Below, in pieces: positions 13,610 to 26,901 of a stretch of DNA of 64,000 bases (the first letter of the stretch is position 1; each line of letters starts with the position of its first letter). The stretch covers positions 434,001 through 498,000 of the forward strand of contig MU058213.1 of assembly GCA_013265495.1 (NCBI GenBank). Direction: 5' to 3'. Position numbers and translations under genes: made by a program. The notes beneath the pieces are model-generated. The model saw nothing but the letters and a program-made list of their open reading frames with translations. It did not search any database and was not told the origin of the DNA. Source of the DNA: Vicugna vicugna. Its lineage: Eukaryota.

Positions 13610-14165
13610 ACTTGTCCAGACGCATAGACTGTACACCCCCACGAGTGAGCCCTCGTGTGAACTACAGGTTTGGGTGATAGCGGTGTCAGCGTAGGTTCAT
13701 CCTTTGTAGCAAATGTCCCACTGTGCAGTGGGCTGTCGGTAGAGGAGAGGTTGTGAGCGTAGGGACGAGGGTACCTGAGAAATCTCTGTACTTTCCTCTA
13801 CTAACCTAGAATAAAACTTGTTAATTAAAATAAGTAAAATATAATAATTAAAACTTAATAAAAATAAAACTTACTAATTAAAAAAAAAAGAGCCATGGCA
13901 GAGTATGTAGGCTACAGATATAAAGAACAAAGTAGTGGTTACCACTGGGGAGAGGGAAGGGAGGAGGGGCAAGATAGGGGTAGGGGATCAAGAGGTACAA
14001 ACTGCTATGTATAAAATAAATAAGCTACAAGGATATAGTGAAATTTGATACTATTTTGTAATAACTTTAAATGGTATATAATCTATAAAAATATTGGATC
14101 ACTACATTGTACACTGAAACTAATATGATATTGCAAATCAACTATACTTCAATAAAATAAAACAA
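13610..14165 (+). mobile_element. Two adjacent L1 3'-end fragments (older L1MC-like ~13610-13810; cetartiodactyl-type ~13910-14165)
   Basis: Recognisable L1 3' UTR text ending ...CAACTATACTTCAATAAAA. Confidence 0.7.
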
Positions 14166-15730
14166 CATAGAATATTGTGCAGAGAAATTAAAGATCTGAA
14201 CAGCAACAATAAAAAAAGTTACCAGTCTGAAGGAAAGAAAATTGTCTTCAGAAAGTTTATGAATCCGGCTTCTAAAACCCATGCGGGGAACCATAGTTTA
14301 CTAAAAACAATCTGCTTGAGGAAGGGGGGATAAAAGGAATATGTAGGCTAATGAAATGAATACTTGGTGTGATGGTACTCAAATCAGTTTTGTAAAAAAC
14401 AAAAACATAAACCCCGAAGAAGCAGTTTTGGAAGCGTGCAGTAGTGTAGGGCCTGGAAGAGGGCCTTGGCGTGTTCCTCCCAGCCGGGGCTTTTCCGGCT
14501 GCAGAAGTCTACTCTGTGTCTGGGCGTTGTCTCTGTTCCCTTAGATGCTACCGTCAGAGGCCAGTGCAGTCAGTCATCCATTCACCCAGCATGTCCCAGG
14601 CACCTCCTGGGTATAAAGCCGTGTGCTACGTGCTGGGACCACAGGGAACAAGACCCCATCCTGCCCTCAAGGAGCCTGTGATCTAGTGATAGAAACACTA
14701 TGATAGACCTGGCAAGGCCTGAGAGCAGGGGGCTATTTCTCCACACAGGGATCGATCTCAGAACTAGGACAAGGAAAATCCTCCTCCCAGCTCCTGACCC
14801 TGAGCTCCCCTTTGGGGGAAAAGTGAGTGCCAATCGCCAGATCAGGTTCCTCAGCCATGAACAGTGACGTGGGCCCAAAGATACAGATGTGATGGCTGAT
14901 GACCTCATGGCAACTGTGGTCTTTTTAAACCACAAATCAGATCACGTCACTTCCCTAATTAAAGTCTCAGACCATTACCGTGGTCCTCGGAGTCCTGGGA
15001 GAGCTCGCCCCACCCACTTATCTGACTGTGACTCTCCTTCCCTCCCTGAGCCTTGGCCTCACTGTCCTCATTCAGTTCCCCAGACCTGCCAAGCTCTTTT
15101 CCCGTCTCATGGTCTTCTTCTCCTGAACTTTTCCCTCTGACCCACATCCCCATTTTTCACCCTCTAAAAACCCCAGCTTAAATGTCTGGCTTTCCCTGTC
15201 CAAAACATACCCCTTCTTTCTAGCATGACACTCATCTATTGCTTTCACAGCACTGTGACAGTGTTCATCCTTTTGTTTATTTACTTTGGGGCTTGTATGT
15301 TTTCCACATGAGATTGAGATCCGCAATGGGGCCATGTCTCTCTCACATCTTGGCACAGAAACTGATACAGGGGAGGTGCCCAATATGTGTGGATTCGAAT
15401 CAGTGCTTCTCTGAGCTTCTGTACCACGGCCACAGCGGGCAGGAGCACCGGCGCCACAGCTGCCTTCTCTTGTGCGGCCCCCTGCTCTCCGGGCACCTCC
15501 AATGGATCATGCACCATGGATAGTGTCATTTTATTAAGTCAAGTTGAGCAGTGACAAACTGGGCAAATTACTGAGGATTACAGTAGAAATAAGGGGCTGT
15601 TTCAATGGTGGCACAGTTATTGTTAGACATTTAATTGTGAAAGAAAAAATATTTCAATGTCAGATCTTCAGTAAAAATCCCAATTAACATCCAGTATTTG
15701 GGTAGCGAAAGCAGAATAAGAGGAAAGCTC

Positions 15731-15860
15731 GGGGGAGAGGATAGCTCAGTGGTAGAGCACGTGCTAAGCATGCATGAGGTCCTCGGTTCAATCCCCAGCA
15801 CCTCCATTAAATAAAGAAAAAAACAAAGAAACCTAGTTACCTCCCCTCCGCACCAAAAAA
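15731..15860 (+). mobile_element. tRNA(Ala)-derived SINE (camelid Vic-1-like)
   Basis: A box TAGCTCAGTGG, B box GGTTCAATCC, A-rich linker, tail AAACCTAGTTACCTCCCC; 12-bp TSD AAGAGGAAAGCT (15718-15729 / 15859-15870). Confidence 0.88.
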
Positions 15861-17816
15861 GAGGAAAGCTGCTGTCTTCTGTTCTCAGAGCAGAGGTCTG
15901 AGGAGCAGCTATGGTAAATTATCTCCTGACCCAAGTTGGTCTGCAGATGGTTCGCGAGAGGTTGGGAATACAGGAGCAGCTGGAGTAATAAATGGGGGTA
16001 CAGAAGATGAACACAGCTGCACAGTGGAGCTTAGGAGAAGGCTGAGAGGCAACACAATTGGACCGAAGGAGCAGAGAGCAAGTTTCTCAGAAAGAGCAGA
16101 GGATCAGAGTGAGGCGTCCGCCGGGCCCCTGGAAGAACGGCGCTGAGCCAGGAGCAGCTGGGGGCTGTCAGGAGGGCCTCGGGTGAGGGGCCGCCCAGCC
16201 TCAGTTCTGAACGGCGTGTGCCCTAGGCCCTCAGGTTCCTGGGCCGCATGAGTCATTTAGAACTTGTTCAGTTGGACCCCAGGAATGGATGTGCAGTAGC
16301 AGTTATCCCGAACACTGATAGCTGGGCCACCTGTATACCTGGTGTTCAGAGTAATCCTAAATGGTACCTGGGATTAGGTACTCAGAGAGCCCATTTTGAC
16401 TTTGGATCCAAGATTGTGGAGCCAGAAAGCAAATGCTTCAGGCTGCAGACATGATGCAGAATCAAGTCTGAGAGGAGCCTCAGTGTCTGAGATATTATTG
16501 ATTTATTGATGCTTTTTCCTTTGCTGTCCTCTGGCCACTCTCCTGTTTTGTTTCCCAGTGTATTTCCGTTCTTTCTGGGAAATGTGGCAGCTTATGTCAT
16601 GGTCAGTCCAGACGTTCAAACTGGGGCCGGGAGTAGGGGAGCAGGTGCTGTAGACATCGGCATATTCAGAAGTGAGTCGGGGGCAAAATAAATGGACTGA
16701 CAGGATGACATGGGAGATGGTGGCAGAGAATGCATGTGTGGGGAGCACAGGGCCTTGCTGCTCAGACCTCCACATCTCCAAATATGACAACCCTGGTTTT
16801 TCCTTTTAAGTCAGGCTGGCTCTGGTGTGCTCTGGAGAGGTAGCTGTGTCCCCAGGTCACTACACTCATCAAGTGACCTAGATAGAGCATCCTGGTTGCC
16901 TATAGTCTCAATTGATAGGAAGAAATCTCTGCGGGGATCACCAGCTTGTCCCTCAGGAACCCTCCAGGGCTGTTGGATGCATCTGCCCTCCCTATGCAGG
17001 GTCCAAAGCAGGGACACAAACAGAAGTCCATGTGTCATTTTTATAAATAGTTAAAAGCTATAACAGATTGTTAGAATATGTGCTTTCCTCCTACAAATAT
17101 ACCTGGGCCAGTATTCTTGGACTTCAAGAGTTCCACATAGGGATGTGGGTCCATCCTACACTGCCAAGGCCTCAGGCACCATGATTGACACCCCAGCCCA
17201 CATATCCAAGCTTCGTCCACACTCACCCATGGACAGCCTCCCCTTGGCCTGGGGGTGCACACCCTAGCAGTGTGACTTGCTTTCAGGAGGATGGACATGG
17301 GGAAGGGACTCACACGGGCCCTGGAAGCAGGTTCAAGGCTCTTTGGCAGGGAATTTCAGGGGCCCAAGTGCTTGGAGTATATCCAGCAGGTGGCCTGTAT
17401 TCTGGATGGGAATGTCCCTTTGTCCCCGTGACTCCTCCCTCTGTGGGGCAGAGGCAGTGGGGAATAGGGTGCAGCCAGAAGGGACTGGAGTTGAGCTCTT
17501 TAGAGTACAGGGCTCCTCTCACCCAAGTCTAAGGGCAGAGCTGCCCATGATGGGGAAGCAGAAGCCACTGTTTCCCTCTCTGCCTCCTCAGATCTCCATG
17601 TGGCAGAATCCAGGATTCCTCCTCCAACCTTTCTTCCCTCTACCAGTGGAATATTGATATTGGCATCATCCCAGAAATTAAGGAATCCCAGCTAGACATG
17701 CAGTGGTTTAATGATTCAGCTCTTAATGGCCAGAGCCACTCATTCTCTGGTCAGTCCCCTCACCCTACAACAAGGCAGCAGCACACAATGGTTTTTGTTT
17801 TTCTTCTGATTTAAAG

Positions 17817-17939
17817 GGAGAGTCTTTATCCCCAAAGAAAAGCCCATAGAAACTCATAAAGAAGAAAAAGTGACCCTTGACCCAGAACTGGAAGAAGCTT
17901 TGGCTGGCGCCTCTGACACTGAACTCTACGATCTTGCAG
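17817..17939 (+). CDS. TMOD2: Tropomodulin-2 exon 4, RVFIPKEKPIETHKEEKVTLDPELEEALAGASDTELYDLA
   Basis: Acceptor ttcttctgatttaaAG|, donor CAG|GTTAGT, 123 nt, frame continuous with exons 3 and 5. Confidence 0.97.
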
Positions 17940-18879
17940 GTTAGTCCTCAGCTCTGGGAAACTTTCCTGTCTGGCGCTGTGACCTCTAGGCATGTGCTGA
18001 CATCCCTGGAAGCAGCCTCAAGCTCCTGTGTAACTATCGATTATTATTAACACTCTGAGCCTCAGTTTCCCCGTCTGTGAAATTGGGATAATAATTATAC
18101 TTTGCCTGTTACAAAGATTAAATGACTTCCTATGTGTTAGGCACTGTACTAAGTGTTTTACAAATTCTTTTCAAATAAATGAGAGTCTGTCATTGTGTTT
18201 CTGGCATTGCCTAGGAAGACAATGAGAGACCATCCAACAAACATATCTTGCTCTGGCCCCATGCTCACTAAGCAGCTTCTGATTATAATTTGGCTCCCAG
18301 TACCAAGTTCAGTTTGTGTTATCATAACACCAGGTTGACTTCAGCTGTCAGGGAGCTATAAGACTGGATACAGGTGACTTAACCTCTCTGAGCAAACATT
18401 CTGCTGTGTCTCAGCTGTAAAATGTAAAACCATATTTCAACTATAAAGTACTCCCCAAAATACCCATCCTACAGAATTCAGGGGTTACTATGAGAAATTA
18501 AAGAGAATAAACATAAAGGAGGGTTGGAAAGTTAAATAGTGAAATAATAGCCCTTGTGCTTTCTAAGGAACTGTCACATTTGGCATTTTATTATCCCAGA
18601 ATTTCCATTTCCATCACAAAATTTCTTGCAGTTCCCCAGTCACTGTTCCATTTTGATTCCCACTGGCAGGTCTGTTAGCCTAACTGTAGAGCAGGAGTAA
18701 TTTACTGTTACATTTCCCCAGTAACATAAATCTATATTCAGCCCAGTCTGCTCATTTTTTCTCGTTTTCTTAACAATAGCAGTAATACAATAATTATTGT
18801 TATTATTATATGAATTGCTTATACATGCATATAGAAAAAACCCAAATAGTACAAAAGAATGTGCAATGAAAAGTAAGTG

Positions 18880-19070
18880 TCAACAACAAGATTCTACTGT
18901 ATAGCACAGGGAACTATATTCAATATGTTATAATAACCTATAATGGAAACAAATCTGAAAAAGAGTGTATATATGTATATATATATGTATGTATGTATAA
19001 CTGAAGCACTTTGCTGTACACCTGAAACTAACACAACATTGTAAATAACTATACTTCAATAAAAAATGCT
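18880..19070 (+). mobile_element. L1 3'-end fragment (cetartiodactyl type)
   Basis: CTACTGTATAGCACAGGGAACTATATTCAATA...TGTACACCTGAAACTAACACAACATTGTAAAT..TATACTTCAATAAAAAA. Confidence 0.8.
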
Positions 19071-21434
19071 TTTAAAAAAGTTATTTTCTCACCCTATTAC
19101 CTAAGTCCCCTCCCATTACTTATATTTCCTTCAAAAAAGATTCATGCATATACCAGCATGTTTGTGTACTAACTGAATGGAAATTTGGAATATTAGGATC
19201 ATTAGGTCCCCTCAGGATAGAGGTGCTTTGAAAGACAGTCCACTGCTTTGGCAAGAATTCTCACATTTCTATTCCATTGGAAGACATAATAATCAATGAT
19301 AATCAACATAATAATAATCAGTCTCCTTCCTGCCAGGAGAACCATCTATGCCTTATTCTAATAGCGTGCCAATCATCTCAGCTACATTTTCATTGCTTCT
19401 GTGATGATATCAGTGGTCGATAATTAAATTCACATGTTTGAACCCCTCTCCGAAGTCACTGCGGGAGCTGAGGCACCTACATCACACAGTTGTAAAGGTG
19501 CTTTGCCGTAACCATTCTTAGCCCTGTGGTTGCTGTGGAGGGATCCTGTTTTGGTTACTGCTCTTCCCAAGGGTCGCCTCATGTTCTCTCCTGGAATTGC
19601 CCAAAGGGAGAATGCAGGCTGGGCTTAAATTCTCAGGAAATGCCTAAGAAAGGAGAGCGAGAAAAATACCAATCATTTGGAAGACACTAGATCCTGAATT
19701 TCATACGGTAAAATGGGGTGGGGGGGGAGCAGTCCCAACAGAAAACTGTCTCATTCATCTTTGCTCAGCCTCCCTCCCTCGGAACTCAGGAGGAAGCCCA
19801 GCGGGGAGTGGGTGGCAGCATCTCCTCTAGGGTGTATCTGGTAGGTCAAGAGCGGCCCCATGACTGGATGGGCTGACAGTCTTTGAGGTTTAGATTAGAA
19901 AGAGTACCAGGGCCCTTCCCATGTTACTGTGGCAGATCAGGAGCAGAAATACAGGCAGTTCATCAAGGAAGCAGAAATTGACCTCCAAGACAGCATCTCC
20001 CAGAATGGCCGGATTTCGGTCTGGTCATTACCCAGAGCCCAGTTCTCAGCTCTGCTGGCCTAGAGACTTGATCTTGTCAGTGTACCTGGGAGCTGTCAGA
20101 TTGGAGCAGGGCAAAGGGGACTGATCCACTAGCCAGATTCACAGGAAACAGATAAAACAAAAATGGAACTTGGCACTGGGAGCCAAATTATAATCAGAGT
20201 TGCTTAGTGAGGACAGGGCCAGAGAAAGATATGTTTGTTGGATGGTCTCAGTGGCCTGTGTTTATCACACAGAGCATCTTCTTCCAAGACAATGCCAGAA
20301 ACACAGTGAGAGATTATTTATTTGGAAAGAATTTGTAAAGCACTTAGAACAGTGCCTAACATGTAGGAAGTCATTTAATCTTTGTAATAAGCAAAGTATA
20401 TTTATTAACCCGATTTTACAGATGAGGAAGCTGAGGCTCAGAGGAATTTAGCAACTTCTCAAATCTTACAGATAGTATGTGACACTCAGAATTTAAACTC
20501 TAGCTGATTGCCCCTGACTGCCACTCTTAACCACCAGACTTGCTGGCTCTGAACATTTGCCCTTTCTTGGCTGTGCTGGCTGCCTCCCTCCTTCTAAGAT
20601 GTAGATTTCATCACATGAGGAGCTCAGAGGTGCACCTCTGCCACCTGTTGGCCGACTATTCTGGGATCCTTCCCAGGCAGCCACCTGTAATTTCTCACTT
20701 GGAATTGCATTAGCAAAGGGAAAGCTGGGTGGGCAGTTGCAGTTAGAGCACTGCCCCCGCCCCCGCCCCGCCCGCCTGGCTCCCACTTCCCCATGCTGTT
20801 TCTTGCAGACTGTACTGCCCCCCAGTGCAAGTTCCCTGTCATACAGGAGACTCAAAATCTCAGCCTGCTTCTCTGAACTTTTATATGCTGATGTCTCTTA
20901 TTTCCCACCCTGGGAAGCTTTAGATTGGGAAAGGACAACTCTTTTTGGTACTGAGAGATGGGAGAAATGAGGAGATTTACACTGAAAGAAGCCTATGATT
21001 TTTCAGCTCTTTGTCTCTAGGAAAACTGCATGCCATAGTCCATATAATGTTAGATCTTAAAATATCCTCAGATTCAGTCCTACCTTCACATTTTACAGAC
21101 GAGAAAACTGAAGGGATGAATTTTCTTAACTAGGAGGTCTAAGTAGATTTTCAATTTGGAGACATAACTAGACCATTGTCCCTTAGAGCCTAAGTGATTC
21201 CACATGTGTAGATGTAGAAAGACATGTGAAGATTGCTAGTGGTCTTGGGATGAGAGGTTTTTTAATACTTATTTAATACTACGCATGTGTCATGCACTTT
21301 GCAAGGCAAGAGGGGTCTAGAGACTAATCTTTATGATACGAAGAATTGTTCTTCGAGGGGCAAATGAACAATGTGGACATCTTAACATACCTTCCCGAAC
21401 TTAAAGTTTATTCACTGATTATCTTTGCTTTCAG

Positions 21435-21521
21435 CTGTTCTTGGGGTACACAATTTGCTCAACAATCCCAAATTTGATGAAGAAACGACCAGCACAAAAG
21501 GAGGCAAAGGGCCTGTGAGAA
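21435..21521 (+). CDS. TMOD2: Tropomodulin-2 exon 5, VLGVHNLLNNPKFDEETTSTKGGKGPVR
   Basis: Acceptor tttgctttcAG|, donor GAA|GTAAGT, 87 nt, frame continuous. Confidence 0.97.
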
Positions 21522-22547
21522 GTAAGTTGACGTGAAATCTGTGATTCTGTGAAACTTGGGAGCCTCCGGGTGGTGCTGGCGGGAGAGAGGCCTGTTGACT
21601 TGGGCCCCCTGGTGTGCCCAGAATTCTTTTAGGCTTTGAAGGTGGATTTTGTCAGCTCACCAAGGATCACTGGCTCTGAGCAATCAAACTGGAATAGATC
21701 AGCGAATAATGGGAGCTCTGTTTAGCGGTATAACTAGGACCAATCAATGTTTTGCTCAGAACATGCTCTCTTGGTAGGTCTGTTCAGTCAGGAGAGGAAA
21801 TTACTGATAAAAAGTTGCTTTACGTTCCTCATGATGTTTTAATCAACTCCAGTATCTTCGATAAGTTTCCTTCTCTATTAGAGTGCCTTCTTGTCTCAAT
21901 AATGGATGCTTGTCATTAGAATTTGTATACCCACTTCCCCCAGAGAGCAGGAAAGACACACTGAGGTGAATTTACTGGCACAGAAAGTTCAAGAACACTA
22001 TCTTCTAGGTCACTGTTTGCCGGAGAAATGTACAATTCATTAGACTCTCTCGCTTACTCATTCATCAGTCATTTACTAAATGCCTACTGTGTCAGGAATG
22101 TTCTAGGCTTAGGTACAATGGTCAAAGATGGTCCCAGCCCAAGGGAACTTAGTCTCTCTGTGGGAGGGAGGGATGGATCAATAATCAGGTCGTCACAGTA
22201 CAGTGTGATCCAGGTGCTGTGAAAACTCAAAAAAGATCACAGCGTCTCTTAGGTTAGTTATATTTTATTCTCTTTCATAGTGACTTGGGCAATGCTTTCT
22301 ATTCTCAGAAGTATATTTATCAACCACTGTTCACACTGGGTGATTTACCCAGATGATGTGCAATATTCCTTTTATTTTCCTGCTGGTTTCTTATGCATAC
22401 CGATGAAAAATATTCATCCTTTTAACTTCAAAATCAAAGGGTAACGCTCTGCCAACATGTTTGTTACTAGAAGTCTGGTGCATAACCTTCTGGGCTTTTA
22501 TACATACATACACACACACATATCGTTAACTTTTCTAAAGATTTCAT

Positions 22548-24520
22548 TTTTTTAGAGCAGTTTTATATTCACAGCAAAATGGAGAGAAAGGTACAGAGAG
22601 TTCCCATATAGCCTCCCCCATTATCAGCATCCTGCACAGAGTGGGACATTTGTTACCATGGATGAACCTACCTTGATACATCATTATCACCCAAAGTCCG
22701 TGGTTCACATTACAGTTCACTCTTGGTTTTGTACATTCTCTGGGTTTGGGCAGATGTACAATGACATGTTTCTACCAATCCACTCTGCTCTGCCTGTTTG
22801 TCTCTCCTTTCCTGTGAACCTCTGGCAACACCTGATCTTTTAACTGTCTCCAAAGTTTTGCCTTTTCCAGAATGTCATACAGTTGGAATCATACAGTTTA
22901 TAGCCTATTCAGACTGGCTTTTTTTACTTAATAATATGCATTTACAGTTCTCCGATGTCTTTTCATGGCTTGATAGATCATTTTTTTTTGAATTGAGATA
23001 TAGTTGATGTACAATATTATATAAGTTATAGGTGTACAACATAGTGATTCACAATTTTTAAAGTTTTTACTTCATTTATAGTTATTATAAAATATTGGCT
23101 ATATCCCCTGTGTTGTGCATTATATTTCTGTAGCTTATTTATGGTCCACAAAAGAGTTTATACTTCTTACTCTATCCTTGCCTTTCCCTCCCATCTTTCC
23201 TCTCCCCAATGGTAACCACTAGTTTGTTCTGTATATCTGTGAGTCTCTTTTCTTTTTATGAAGTCTTAAAAAAGTTAATGAAATGTGTGTATGTATAAAA
23301 GCCCAGAAGGTTATGCACCAGGCTTTTAATAACAAACATGCCAGAATGTTACCCTTTGATACTGAATTTAAAACTAATTTGTTTTATTTTTTTGATTCCA
23401 CATATAAGTGATATCATACAGCATTTGTCTTTCTCTGTCTGACATTTCACTTAGCATAACACCCTCCAAGTCCATCCATGCTGTTGCGAATGGTAAAATT
23501 TCATCCTTTATTATGGCCGAGTAGTATTCCATTGTATGCATATATGTACCACATCTTCTTCATCCATTCATCTGTTGATGTAGACCTAGGTTGCTTCCAT
23601 ATCTTATCAGTTGTAAATAATGCTGCTCTGAACATTGGGGTGCATGTATCTCTTCAAATTAGCGCTTTTTTTTTCAGATATATTCCTAGGAGTGTAATTG
23701 TTGGGTCATATGGTAGTGATACATGATTTCTTTTTAATGCTGTATAATATTCTATTATCTGAATATACCACAGTTTATTTATCAATCCACCTACTGAAGG
23801 ACATCTTGGTTGCTTCCAAATTTTGGAAATTATGAATAAAACTGCTGTAAATTTTCATGTTCTGGTTTTTGGGTGGACATAAGTATTTCATTTTTCATTA
23901 ACTGTTTTTCATATCATGGTTCTCATCACTCATCAGTACATGCAGGTTTACTTCATTCTCAATGAATAGATAGCATCATGTTATGTGATTATGCTGTAAC
24001 TTATTTAACATTTTTGCATTGATGGGCATTTTGTTTATCCTGTTTTGCTGTCACAAGTAATATGTCAGTGAACATCCTCAAATTTATATCCTCATGTATT
24101 CATGCTATTTTTTCTGTAGATTAGACTTCTAGATACAGAGTTACTGGATCATAAACTATCCACATTTTATATTTTAATAGATAATGCCAAATTATTCTTC
24201 CAAAAATGTCACACCAGTTTACATTCCCACCAACAATATGTGAGGATACTTTTCCCCCCACATTGTTGCTGACTCTGAATATTATCTCTTTTTACACTTT
24301 TTGGCTAATCAAATAATATCTCATCTTTTAATTTAAGAGTTTATAGTTACTTTTTTATATTTTTTGGTTGACTCACAGAGATTCCTCTGATTGTATTACT
24401 TGTTCTGTTCATTTTCAATTGGGTTGTCTTGTTGACTTGTAGGAGCTCTGTGTGTTTTGGAATATTAACCCTTTGTATGTTACATATATTGCAAACATTT
24501 TCTGTTAACTGCTTTTAAGA
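22548..24520 (-). mobile_element. Nested minus-strand L1 fragments (L1MC-like interrupted by a younger L1 at ~22985-23720; older L1M beyond)
   Basis: Antisense L1 3' UTR/ORF2 text (CCATTCATCTGTTGATG..., GGTTGCTTCCA...); the older element resumes after the younger one. Confidence 0.7.
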
Positions 24521-25031
24521 ATTCTTCCATTTTTCTCTTCTATTCCTTTCTCTTCCTGTACTATTCTCAAAATTAAAGCTCCAAAATGGAAATCAGAGGC
24601 CATGGTCAAGAGGCCGGGGGAGGATTAAGGTTTGGGAAATAAAGAGACTCATCGTTTCTTTTCTGCTTCTTAGATTCTTCGGTTTGGTTAGTATAGTCTG
24701 AAAGAGGTCCATGTGGAGCACCAGTAACCACTCATGAATATTCTTTTGAGGGTTGGAATTTGCTGTAGGGCCTCCTGCACTTTGGGCTCAATGGAAAGTC
24801 AGCCACTGAGACTTCTCATTGTGCTTAAAAAGCCCCAACTTTTGAGACTATAATTCAGAGCCCACATCTTTCCTATGCTTGCTTAGCTGAGACTAAGCTA
24901 ATTGTCATTGATATTAGAATATTACTGGAATCAGAGCATATGAAAGAAAGGTCGTTTGGAGGGAAGTCATCTCTGATTTTTAATGGGAGAGCCCTTACAT
25001 TTTCTTTTTAAAATTAAAACTTGAATCTTAG

Positions 25032-25162
25032 ATGTGGTCAAAGGTGAAAAAGTCAAGCCAGTGTTTGAGGAACCTCCCAATCCCACAAATGTGGAAGTAA
25101 GTCTGCAGCAGATGAAAGCCAATGATCCCGGCCTGCAAGAGGTCAACCTCAACAACATAAAG
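25032..25162 (+). CDS. TMOD2: Tropomodulin-2 exon 6, VVKGEKVKPVFEEPPNPTNVEVSLQQMKANDPGLQEVNLNNIK (start of LRR domain)
   Basis: Acceptor aatcttAG|, donor AAG|GTATTT, 131 nt; PPNPTNVE and VNLNNI are tropomodulin signatures. Confidence 0.97.
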
Positions 25163-25372
25163 GTATTTCACTGTACTTGTCAGTCGCTTGATTTCTTATG
25201 AGATCAGAAACTTGCTGGAGATGACTGAATGCCTGCTTTCACACCTGTTTGCAATCCTTTGTAGCCACTGATTTTGAGGCAGGATATCCTATTCCAGAGA
25301 AGTGGGTTTGAAAAAAAAAGAGTGATTTCTAGAATTCTTTTAAAAGAATCACAGTACTTGTGTTAAACATAG

Positions 25373-25830
25373 TGTATTAGTTATCTATTGCTGAGTAACA
25401 AATTACTCCAAAACTTAGAGGCTGATAATAGCAAACATTTATTATTTCACACAATCTCTGAGTGTCAGGAATCTGGGAGTGACTTGCTGGGTAGTTGTGG
25501 CTCAGGATTTCAAATGAGGCTGTAGTGAAGCTGTCAGTCAGGGCTGCAGTCATCTGAAGGCGTGACTAGGGCACAGTGACCCAGTTCCAAAATGGCTCAC
25601 TCATGTGGCTGTTGGCAGGAGGCCTCAGTTTCCCACCACATGGACCTCTAATACAGCTGCCTGAGTATCCTCACATCATGACAGCTGGCTTCCCCCACAG
25701 CAAGTGATCCAAGAAAAAAAGAGCAAGCAGGAAACCACAATGCCTTTTATGACATGTTCTCCGAAATCACACATTGTCACTTCTGCTTTATTCTATTTGA
25801 CAATAAGTGAAGTCCCTCTCCAAGGCAGGA
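25373..25830 (-). mobile_element. MaLR LTR (MLT1F/G/H-like)
   Basis: Starts TGTATTAGTTATCTATTGCTGAGTAACAAATTACTCCAAAACTTAG; typical MLT1 antisense text. Confidence 0.7.
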
Positions 25831-26793
25831 GAAATGTGTATGTGTGTGAGAGAGAAAGGAGGTTAGGGAGTGGGGGTGGGAGGAGAAAACACTGCCTGAC
25901 ATCTGTTTTGTTCATTCTTGTTGGGCCAATTTTTAGCATTTAATAATATTAACTGATTTTTTTTTTATTGAGTACTGGCTATGCATCATATATTTTGCTG
26001 AATACTTGAAATTCATTATCTCATTTAATCCTTGCTGGGACTTGAAAAGCTTTAAGTTGCCCCAGCGGTCACAGAGCTAGTCTGTAGTGCCTGCAGGACT
26101 CAGGTCACCCTCGAGCCATTCCCCATGTTACCTCCCCCTCAGGTGGTCAGTACTGTGCTAAGTGCTGTAGAGGGTGGAGTGAGATTCATTCAGTCTTTAT
26201 TCTGAAGAACTTAAGGTAGGAGGAAAACACTAAACAAATAATTACAGCATGATGTGGTAAGCCCCCAAATGTTACAGAATTGTGGGTAAGGAAAATGTCG
26301 ATCCTGCCTAGAAGAGCCAACAAAGGGGGCGATATTTCTACTGGATCTTGAGAGATAAGTAGGAATCAGTCAAAGCAAAGGACAAAGGAATTTCTAGGCA
26401 AAAGAAAAAGCATGTCTGAAAGATGGAGGGGAGAAAGACCATGGTATAATAAAAGAATGGCAAGTAGGTCACTCTGGCTAGAATATAGAGAATGAAGGAG
26501 AAAAAGAAGGAAGTACAGTGCGTGATGCATAATTTGAGAGGAGTAGGGTAAACAGAAAAGTGACGCCAGAATGTCCCTTTGTGCTAGATTGCCTCATTGG
26601 ACACTAAGTGGCGCTGTTGGCTCAGGTTAGGTTGGTTGCTGAAGATGGGTGATAAGTGTCTTGATGGAGGGGACAGTGTGCAATTAGCCATCTAAACATA
26701 CACGGTATTTAAAAGCTGTGGGCCCTTAGCTTGGGGTGAAGGTGCTGCAGACTGGGACTGGGTCCTCAACTCTCCGTGCCTTCCTCACCTTAG

Positions 26794-26901
26794 AACATTC
26801 CAATTCCAACCCTGAAGGAATTTGCAAAGGCTCTGGAGACCAATACCCACGTGAAAAAGTTCAGCCTGGCCGCAACCCGCAGCAATGACCCTGTGGCGAT
26901 T
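26794..26901 (+). CDS. TMOD2: Tropomodulin-2 exon 7, [36 protein letters not shown]
   Basis: Acceptor cttcctcaccttAG|, donor ATT|GTAAGT, 108 nt, symmetric phase 0-0 exon. Confidence 0.97.

Noticed and set aside
15507..15527. REST/RE1-like sequence TCATGCACCATGGATAGTGTC
   Set aside because: The left half-site (TTCAG) and several right-half positions mismatch; too weak to call without a matrix score or ChIP data.
15731..15806. tRNA-Ala-like sequence (also at 28895, 47097, 51746)
   Set aside because: These have A-rich tails, a shared non-tRNA tail, TSDs in two copies and stem mismatches, so they are SINEs, not tRNA genes.
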